Of a stretch of DNA of 64,000 bases, positions 9,185 through 16,568 are shown piece after piece. A model generated the notes under the pieces. The model saw only the letters and a program-made list of their open reading frames with translations. It had not been told where the DNA came from and did no database searches. The DNA is from Methylocystis sp. Lineage in GTDB: Bacteria; Pseudomonadota; Alphaproteobacteria; Rhizobiales; Beijerinckiaceae. The stretch is from positions 890,963-954,962 of the forward strand of contig NZ_JAXMCX010000001.1 of the NCBI RefSeq assembly GCF_046349115.1, given 5' to 3'. Positions within the stretch are counted from its first letter, which is position 1. Each line of letters opens with the position of its first letter. The position numbers were made by a program, and so were the translations under genes.

Positions 9185-10974
9185 ACGGTGATGACGCCTT
9201 GACGGTCACGCTGACATGCCCGGCCTGCGGTTCGAATGAATTTCTCGCATTCAATGGACGTGAGAATGCGCGCTGCGGGCGCTGCGGCTCGATGGAGCGA
9301 ACGCGCCTTCTTTGGATGATGCTAGAGAAATTCGATCTGTTCCGAATGGGACAGCGGGTTCTGCACATTGCGCCTGAACTGGCGCTGACGAAGCGCTTCT
9401 CCGAGCTGAGCGGCGACCGATATCACGGCTGCGACATTGATCCTTCGCGATATGCGTCCAGAATTGCGCCGATCAGATCGATCGATCTTTGCGTTGATCT
9501 CGCAAAAATGCCGAGCCGCAGCTTCGATTTGATCATCCATACCCATGTCTTGGAGCACATCGCCTGCGACGTTGAGAATGCGCTACAGGAAATGGAGCGC
9601 ATTCTGGCGCCTGGCGGACATCATTTTTTCTCCGTGCCGATCCGGGGAGAAATTACGCGCGAGGACATATCGGAAGATCTGACGCCGCAACATCGCGCCC
9701 TGATGTTTGGCCAAGAAGATCATCTTCGCATTTTCGGCTCGAAAAGCTTGGCCGAGATGCTTTCCCGCGTCTGGGGCGATGCGGGGAACCCGCTCGTCAC
9801 GCCGAGCGAGATTTTTTCAGAAGAGAAGTTGCGCACCGCCGCGATCCCGCCCGCGGCATGGTCTGGCTATTCGAGCCATTCGATATTTCATCATGTTCGT
9901 CCCATCGTCGATCGTGAGCCGTCGAGTCCCGCGCCCAAGCCACGTCAGCGCGCGATGGAAAAACCCGCGGAGCCGGGTGCGTCGGGGCGAAAGCTGTTGC
10001 TGAATATCGGCATGCCTGGCGCGCATTGTGTTGCGATCCAGAAATGGACGTCCGAGCAACATGCCCAATTGTCCGCCAGCGGCGTGGCGTGCTGGCGTCA
10101 CCCCGATCGGGAAAAACTCATGTTCATGGGTTTCGCCAGCGACCGTCGTATCGCGTCTGGCGATCTGCCATTCGCCCGATCGTTGCGGCAGGGCGAGAGC
10201 CCGCCAACTCAAGAAGCCGCCCGTGAAGCTCTGGAGACATTCCTGGAAACGCTGGACGGTCATATTGGCTATGTCGACGCCGTGTCGTTGTGGTCCTTCA
10301 CCGCCGACGAAGTACGATTGCTGCAATCGCAGCTTTCGACCTGGGGCGTTGAGGCGCATGTGCTTTGCTTCGTTTATAAGCCCGACGCTTATTTTACCGC
10401 TTTGATTGAACGTCAGACCCGCACTGCGGGCCTCGCGCTATCCGATCTCGGCGTTGGCGTCGCTCGCAAGCTGCGTTTTTCCTATTCGCGTCTCACCGCA
10501 TGGGCGGAGGCGTTCCAAGATAGATTTTCGATCGGCGATGCGGCCGACCGGCCGACTTCGCGGATCAGCGACCTGCTGATTGGGATGGGCGCCACGCCGA
10601 TCGATCGTCCGGGGGAGGCGAGCGCCTCAAGCAAAGCCGCGAGCCTCACGTCGATCAAGGCGCTGCTCGCTCTGAACGAGACGCTGCGCAAAAATGGAGA
10701 AACCTCCCCGCGTTACGCGTCGTTGCTCACGTCGGCGCTCGCGAGCATGGAGGGCCCGAGGTTCGTGCCGCCCGAAACCCTGACTTTGCGGATGCATTCG
10801 TTGCTGACACAGGAAAACGCGCTGCTCTATGACCGTTTCGGCTTGTCTTCCAAAGAGGAGAACGCGTCCGAGCGAATGGACGACCATCGGTTCCTCTATT
10901 GGACGCCAGAGGAAGTCGGCGAGTTGCTTTCCGCGATCAATGCGATGCTGCTTGAGCGGGAAACAAAGAACTAA
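9181..10974 (+). CDS. Class I SAM methyltransferase (N-terminal, zinc-ribbon-like) fused to a degenerate sulfotransferase/P-loop-like C-terminal domain
   Basis: 'CPAC...CGRC', 'VLHIAPE' and 'FDLIIHTHVLEH...ERILAPGG'; the C-terminal half begins 'KLLLNIGMPGAH' (resemblance only). TTG start overlaps the previous stop. Confidence 0.7.
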   Translation: MNGDDALTVTLTCPACGSNEFLAFNGRENARCGRCGSMERTRLLWMMLEKFDLFRMGQRVLHIAPELALTKRFSELSGDRYHGCDIDPSRYASRIAPIRSIDLCVDLAKMPSRSFDLIIHTHVLEHIACDVENALQEMERILAPGGHHFFSVPIRGEITREDISEDLTPQHRALMFGQEDHLRIFGSKSLAEMLSRVWGDAGNPLVTPSEIFSEEKLRTAAIPPAAWSGYSSHSIFHHVRPIVDREPSSPAPKPRQRAMEKPAEPGASGRKLLLNIGMPGAHCVAIQKWTSEQHAQLSASGVACWRHPDREKLMFMGFASDRRIASGDLPFARSLRQGESPPTQEAAREALETFLETLDGHIGYVDAVSLWSFTADEVRLLQSQLSTWGVEAHVLCFVYKPDAYFTALIERQTRTAGLALSDLGVGVARKLRFSYSRLTAWAEAFQDRFSIGDAADRPTSRISDLLIGMGATPIDRPGEASASSKAASLTSIKALLALNETLRKNGETSPRYASLLTSALASMEGPRFVPPETLTLRMHSLLTQENALLYDRFGLSSKEENASERMDDHRFLYWTPEEVGELLSAINAMLLERETKN

Positions 10975-10977
10975 GCG

Positions 10978-11781
10978 TCAGCCGTCGACCGGACGAGTTT
11001 CAGGCGCTTTGCTCGGCAAAAGCACCCACGATTGTCGTTGGTTTCGAATTTCGAGGTTATGTTCCCTCGCGAAGTCCTTGACATGTTCCTGCATCCGCAT
11101 GACGCCCGTTTCGTCCGGCCATAGCCAATCATCGCCGCAGAGAACCGCCTCGGGAAACAATTCGTGTGCGATGTCCAGATCATCGCGTTTCTTGCCGGCG
11201 TCGATGTAGATCATCTGCGGCTTGATTTCGCGCGCATGGAGATATTCAAGCGCTTCAGGCGAACGTTGACGCACCGGAATGAACCGGCTCTTGTAAAGGC
11301 GCACATTATTGAGCGCGATCGCAAAATTGCCATGGCGACGCAGATTGGCGACGATCGCCGCAATCTGTTCGTCCGTGAGATGAAATACCGTGCGCATTTG
11401 CAGTGGATCGACGGCGAGACGCTCGATATAGGCGGCCCAGTTGCTATCCCAGGGATCGATTCCGATGACCGTCAACTTGTCGGACGCGCGAAGCCATTGG
11501 AGAGTCGAGCCGCAAAGGAAGCAGCCGACTTCCACCATCAGCTCGACCTTTCTTGCCTTTATCGTGTCGATAATCAATTCACGGCCGCCGCCCCATTCGC
11601 AGCCTGCCCGCCGACCGCCGTCGAGCGGGAGGAAAAACGGTTCGATCTCGCCATAAATGAACTCGGGCCAGGGATTGTCGCGCCGCAACGCGTTGAGACC
11701 AAACAGGATACGGGAGACGGGCGCGGCCGGCGCCGGGGCCGGGCACGCTTTTTCAGTTTCGACGCTCTTGTTGATGCTCAC
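10978..11781 (-). CDS. Class I SAM methyltransferase (Methyltransf_24-like)
   Basis: 'MVEVGCFLCGST', 'VIGIDPW', 'MIYIDAG' and 'LCGDDW'. Confidence 0.75.
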   Translation of the reverse strand: MSINKSVETEKACPAPAPAAPVSRILFGLNALRRDNPWPEFIYGEIEPFFLPLDGGRRAGCEWGGGRELIIDTIKARKVELMVEVGCFLCGSTLQWLRASDKLTVIGIDPWDSNWAAYIERLAVDPLQMRTVFHLTDEQIAAIVANLRRHGNFAIALNNVRLYKSRFIPVRQRSPEALEYLHAREIKPQMIYIDAGKKRDDLDIAHELFPEAVLCGDDWLWPDETGVMRMQEHVKDFAREHNLEIRNQRQSWVLLPSKAPETRPVDG

Positions 11782-12401
11782 GCGAAGTCACTCCAAACCG
11801 CGGAAAGTCGGGAGAGCAGCGATGTCGCCGTCACATTCGGCTTTCGACGCAGTGACACGAGATTGGTTTGTTGTTCGACGATATCGGCGACATCGAGCAG
11901 GCTGCGATAATTCTTGCGGATCGACAGGGCGTCGTAAAAGTCGTGCATGAGGATGGCTGTCGTCTCGGGGCAGACCAGAAACGACGCGAGCCCGCAGGCC
12001 GTGCGGAAGCGGCCGTCAATCAGCACGACTTCAGGGACCCAGTCCAACTTTTCCCAGACCGGCAGGAAGTAATTAGGCCAGAGTTCCAGGCGGCTGCGAT
12101 TGGCCGGCATGCCCCAATCCATCACGGGTCCGATGTCCACGCAATTGATCGTTAGACGACCGTTCGATTCCGCTTGGCGAATGACAGGGTTTTGCCGCAA
12201 TTTATCAACCCATGCCGGATCGCTTTCAACGCTTAAGCAGCGGCGCGCGCCGCGTTCAAGTGCGAAAATGGTGCTGCCGCCCGAACCGAATTCGAGATAA
12301 CTGACGCCGGAAACGAGGTGACGCGAGAGCATTTCGATTTCTTCAGGCGTCATTGCCACTTTGAAATCGGTGTCCGGCGTATTAGGAGCGTCGCTGTTCA
12401 T
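11778..12401 (-). CDS. Putative SAM-dependent methyltransferase-like protein
   Basis: 'YLEFGSGGST', 'SVESDPAW', 'VVLIDGRFR' and 'ILMHDF'; ATGA overlap with the downstream gene. Confidence 0.65.
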   Translation of the reverse strand: MNSDAPNTPDTDFKVAMTPEEIEMLSRHLVSGVSYLEFGSGGSTIFALERGARRCLSVESDPAWVDKLRQNPVIRQAESNGRLTINCVDIGPVMDWGMPANRSRLELWPNYFLPVWEKLDWVPEVVLIDGRFRTACGLASFLVCPETTAILMHDFYDALSIRKNYRSLLDVADIVEQQTNLVSLRRKPNVTATSLLSRLSAVWSDFA

Positions 12402-12407
12402 CGCGTG

Positions 12408-13568
12408 TTAGTTCTCTCGCTGACGGGGCTGAAGGCGGAGCGGCAGCGTTGCGAATTGACGGATTTCCTGCTGCTCCATCAGGCGCGCCGGCGCCTCGCC
12501 GGGGAGGATGGAATATCGCTGCAACAGAACGGTCAGAAAGCGCCGTGCTTGTCGTCGCGCGAACACGGCGCCGACGCATAAATGCGATCCGGCGCCGAAA
12601 GCCAAAGTGGGCGGGCCCCGGCGGGCGATATCGAATCTGTCGGGGTCGGGATACGCCTCGGGATCGTGATTGGCGCTTTCGATGACGACATGTACGAGAG
12701 CGCCTTCGGGAATCATTGTGTCGCCGAGCCTCAAACCGCCTTCGCCAACGACCCGCGAGCGCTGGCGAATGGAGCCGCAAAAGCGAAGCGCCTCCTCGAC
12801 GAAAGCGGATGCAACCTCGGGCTTGCCGCGAAGCATATCCTGCAAATCCGGCCGGTTCGCCAGAAGATGCAAGACATTCCCAAAAAAGGCGGCGATGGTT
12901 TCATTGGCGATCGCGATGAGGAAAAACACGGCCGATTCCCTCTGCCGCGCCGGCAATGACAGATCAATTTCGTCGAGCCGCGCCTTCCCGCCAAGAATCG
13001 GACAGCCGTGACTGGCCCAGCGCTCCGTGAGACGATCATGGACATAGAGCGACAGCGACTGTCGACGCTCATATTCACGAAGCGGCATCGCTGGCTGCCA
13101 GTCTTCGAGCACTTGTCTGCCCGCAAGACGCAGGTCGCGCAATTCGTCGCGAGAAAACCCCAACGACTCTCCGAGCAGCCCGTCGGGAAGGTCGTAGCAG
13201 AGTTCGGTCATGCCGTCGATTTCTCCGGCAGAGCGCTCGAATAGGCGCGACGCGGCGCGATCGATTCTCGCGTAGGAATATGCTTTCGACATTTCCCGGA
13301 TGATGACGTGCAGGAAGTCGCGCGACGGTCCGTGTTCGGGGGGATTTTGCAAGATCGGCAGGCTGCCGACGAGCGCGGCAAGATTCTCGAAAGATCCGCC
13401 CATCCGGTCGGAGACGCGCGCGGCCAGCGTGCTGGCTCCGGCGGCGACCGACACGTTGGGCGCCCGCAGCGCGCCGATCGCATCCTCGTAACGCGTTATG
13501 ATCCACGCGTTGTCCGAAGGCCTGCAATAGGGCTTGCCCACCGGTTGATAGTCGATCGAAACTGGCAT
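12408..13568 (-). CDS. Cytochrome P450
   Basis: Heme motif 'AFGAGSHLCVG', ExxR 'EEALR', meander 'PDRFDI' and I-helix 'IANET'; start trimmed to the ATG at 13568. Confidence 0.93.
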   Translation of the reverse strand: MPVSIDYQPVGKPYCRPSDNAWIITRYEDAIGALRAPNVSVAAGASTLAARVSDRMGGSFENLAALVGSLPILQNPPEHGPSRDFLHVIIREMSKAYSYARIDRAASRLFERSAGEIDGMTELCYDLPDGLLGESLGFSRDELRDLRLAGRQVLEDWQPAMPLREYERRQSLSLYVHDRLTERWASHGCPILGGKARLDEIDLSLPARQRESAVFFLIAIANETIAAFFGNVLHLLANRPDLQDMLRGKPEVASAFVEEALRFCGSIRQRSRVVGEGGLRLGDTMIPEGALVHVVIESANHDPEAYPDPDRFDIARRGPPTLAFGAGSHLCVGAVFARRQARRFLTVLLQRYSILPGEAPARLMEQQEIRQFATLPLRLQPRQREN

Positions 13569-13640
13569 GCGGGCGCTTGCTCTTTGCGAGGCTCGGTTGG
13601 AGAATACGGGCGAGCATATATTCTTTCGAACCGTACACCA

Positions 13641-15329
13641 ATGACGCCATCCTCCGCCACACGGAATTCCGCGACGGCGCGCATCCTTCGCCATGCGTCA
13701 CGCGCGCCTGATCGCGAGGCGATCATCTTCCTCGACCGAGGCGAAACGGTATCGACGCGCTTGACTTATGAAAGTCTTGTTTCGCAGGTGGGCGGCATGG
13801 CCCGTCGCTTGGCGGCCGAAGGGTTTTCCGGCAAGGCGATCGTGATTGCGCTGCCGGCAGGAATCGCTTTCGTGAGGCTTTTCCTTGCCTGTCTCTGGGC
13901 GCGCGTCATCGTGATACCGGCGCCGTACCCTAGCAATGCGCGACTTCTGAATCGGCTTCATGCCTTGGTCGCCGACTCGCGGCCTGTCGCGCTCGTCACG
14001 GACGCGAATGGCGTCGCGAAAATTCCGTCCCTGCCGCAGACGGGCGCGCCTTTGAGGATATTGGACATTTCATCTCTCGCGGATGAAAATCTCTCGCCGC
14101 TCGAGCCGCTCGCTGGAGCAGGCGACGCGCCGGCGATTATCCAATATACATCGGGGTCTACAAGCGAACCGCGCGGCGCGGTCATCACCCATGACAATCT
14201 TTTCGCCAATCAATGCATGATCCAGTCCGCCTTCGGCCACGACGAGCGTTGCGTGGGCGCCAATTGGCTTCCGCATTTTCACGACATGGGCCTTCTCGGC
14301 GTCATCCTTCAGCCTTTATTTGTCGGCGGATCGACCGTCCTCATGGACCCGCTTGCCTTCATCCAAAAGCCGATTCGCTGGCTTCGCGCGATCGACCGAT
14401 TTCACGCGACGACGGCGGGCGGACCATGCTTCGCCTACGACCTCTGCGCGCGACATTGCGCGCCAGAGGACATCGAGAAGCTGGATCTATCCTCTTGGCG
14501 GGTCGCCTTCTGCGGCGCGGAGCCGATACGCCGCGCGACCCTCGACGCCTTTGCGGCGACGTGCGCCTCAGCGAGCTTCGACCCTCGCGCATTGACGCCC
14601 TGTTATGGCCTCGCCGAAGCGACGCTCATTGTTTCTTCGGCGAACCCCGGCAATGGCGCGCGAGAACTTCCGGCGTCGGGCCTGGGATCGAAGGGGACGA
14701 CGACTTTGGCGGTCGGTTGCGGTTATCCGGCGCCGGAATGCAAAATTCTGGTGCGCGCCGCCGACGGCGCGCCATTGCCCGACGGGGAGGCGGGGGAAAT
14801 CTGGGTCGCCGGGCCGCACGTCTCCCCCGGCGTCTGGAACGGAGAAGAGGGAGGCGTGAATCCCTTCAACGACTCCTTCGTCGATGAGGCGGGAGATCGT
14901 TACATCGCCACCGGCGATCTTGGGGCGCTGGTGAACGGCGAACTCGTGCCGCTGGATCGGCTGAAGGACATCATTATCGTCTATGGTCAGAAGCTCCATT
15001 CGGCGGATATTGAAGCAACCTTGCTGTCGCATCGCTTGTCGGCCGAACTGCTTGCGGCCTGCGCCTTTTCGATAGAGACGGCGAAGGGCGATCAGCTGGT
15101 CGTTGTTTGCGAGATGGATCGCAAGCGATTCCGGGAGGGAGCGGCACTTGAACTCGCCGCGCAACTTAAGAAAATCATAGCGGAGTCTTTTGGCGTCTTG
15201 CCGCAGTTGGCGATTGTTCCGTATGGTGCGTTGCCTCGCACGACCAGCGGAAAAATTCAGCGTTCCGTGAGCAAGTCCGAATGGCTCGCCGGCAGGATCG
15301 CGGAGGCGTCGAGGCTCACCAACGCGTGA
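13641..15329 (+). CDS. Fatty acyl-AMP ligase (FAAL)
   Basis: 'IQYTSGSTSEPRG', 'NWLPHFHDMGL', 'FCGAEPI', 'PCYGLAEATL', 'TGDLG' and 'LPRTTSGKIQR'. Confidence 0.92.
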   Translation: MTPSSATRNSATARILRHASRAPDREAIIFLDRGETVSTRLTYESLVSQVGGMARRLAAEGFSGKAIVIALPAGIAFVRLFLACLWARVIVIPAPYPSNARLLNRLHALVADSRPVALVTDANGVAKIPSLPQTGAPLRILDISSLADENLSPLEPLAGAGDAPAIIQYTSGSTSEPRGAVITHDNLFANQCMIQSAFGHDERCVGANWLPHFHDMGLLGVILQPLFVGGSTVLMDPLAFIQKPIRWLRAIDRFHATTAGGPCFAYDLCARHCAPEDIEKLDLSSWRVAFCGAEPIRRATLDAFAATCASASFDPRALTPCYGLAEATLIVSSANPGNGARELPASGLGSKGTTTLAVGCGYPAPECKILVRAADGAPLPDGEAGEIWVAGPHVSPGVWNGEEGGVNPFNDSFVDEAGDRYIATGDLGALVNGELVPLDRLKDIIIVYGQKLHSADIEATLLSHRLSAELLAACAFSIETAKGDQLVVVCEMDRKRFREGAALELAAQLKKIIAESFGVLPQLAIVPYGALPRTTSGKIQRSVSKSEWLAGRIAEASRLTNA

Positions 15330-15352
15330 TTTTGGAAGAATGGAGGGGAGAC

Positions 15353-15625
15353 ATGCAGGATCCGGTCGTGACGCAAACGGATCGTGAGCGCATTGTTGAT
15401 TGGATGGTGCGGCATATCGGCTCGGTTCTCGAAATGCCGAAAGACGACTTCCCGATCGAAGAGCGCTTCGACGCTTATGGGCTCGACTCCATCGAGGCGG
15501 TGATCATGGCGGGACTTATGGAGGAGGAATTCGGCGTCCCGATCGACCCGATGACCTTGTTCCAAAATCCGAGCGTCGCAAAATTCGCGGATTTCCTCGC
15601 GCCGGTCCTCTCCGAACGGCGCTGA
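15353..15625 (+). CDS. Acyl carrier protein
   Basis: 90 aa and acidic; phosphopantetheine site 'YGLDSI'; RBS GGAGGGGAG; directly after the FAAL. Confidence 0.92.
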   Translation: MQDPVVTQTDRERIVDWMVRHIGSVLEMPKDDFPIEERFDAYGLDSIEAVIMAGLMEEEFGVPIDPMTLFQNPSVAKFADFLAPVLSERR

Positions 15626-15629
15626 TGGC

Positions 15630-16493
15630 ATGTCCCTTGACGCGCCGGAGATTTCCCTCGTCGTCGTCTGTTATGAAATGGCGCGAGAGCTGCCGCGCAC
15701 GTTGCAATCTCTCTCCACTCCTTACCAGCGCGGCGTCGATCCCGGCCAATATGAGATCGTCATCGTCGACAACGGCTCCCGCTCTCCGCCGTCTCTCGCC
15801 GATTTTCCCGACATCGTCCCTCGGACGACGATTATTTCCTGTTCCCGCAAAACGACTTCGCCCGTGCCGGCGATAAACGAGGGACTGACGGTCGCGCGCG
15901 GAAAATTGATTGGCGTGTGGATCGATGGCGCGCGCATGGCCTCGCCGGGGTTGTTGCGATCCTGCCTTGAAGCGTCGCGCTTGCATTCGAGACCGATAAT
16001 CGCGACGCTCAACTACCAGCTTGGCCCGGCCCGCCAGGCGATCAGCGCGGACCTGGGCTATGACGTCGCCGCCGAGGACGCGCTCCTTTCCGACATCGGA
16101 TGGTTTGAAAACGGATATCGCCTCTTCGACATTGCGACCCCAGAGATCGCCGAGCCGACCGCGCCGATGCTCGAGAGCAACGCATTGTTTCTGCCGCGCG
16201 CATTGTGGGACGAACTTGGCGGGTATGACGAAGCCTTTACGTCCAAGGGCGGCGGCATGGCCAATCCGGACATATTTATTCGCGCCGTCGGTCTTCCCGC
16301 CGCACAGCTGATACGCATCGCCGGCGAGGGAACATTCCATCAAATCCACGGCGGATTGACCACGGCGGGACTGAAGCCGACTCTGGATTACGTCAAGGAA
16401 GCGAGCAGGGAATATCGCGCGATACGTGGTCGCGCCCTCGCGCCCATCCGCGCCCCGGGCTGGCTGTACCGATCCCCCGAAGCGGAGCGATGA
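15630..16493 (+). CDS. Glycosyltransferase family 2 (GT-A)
   Basis: 'LVVVCYEM', 'IVIVDNGS', 'AINEGL...ARG' and 'LWDELGGYDEAF'. Confidence 0.88.
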   Translation: MSLDAPEISLVVVCYEMARELPRTLQSLSTPYQRGVDPGQYEIVIVDNGSRSPPSLADFPDIVPRTTIISCSRKTTSPVPAINEGLTVARGKLIGVWIDGARMASPGLLRSCLEASRLHSRPIIATLNYQLGPARQAISADLGYDVAAEDALLSDIGWFENGYRLFDIATPEIAEPTAPMLESNALFLPRALWDELGGYDEAFTSKGGGMANPDIFIRAVGLPAAQLIRIAGEGTFHQIHGGLTTAGLKPTLDYVKEASREYRAIRGRALAPIRAPGWLYRSPEAER

Positions 16494-16568
16494 GCGTCAA
16501 AGGCGGCGCCCGCCAATCGTCCTCTTCTTTCTCGGCGAACACGTTTGCTTCGTCGAGCCGGTGGGCCT

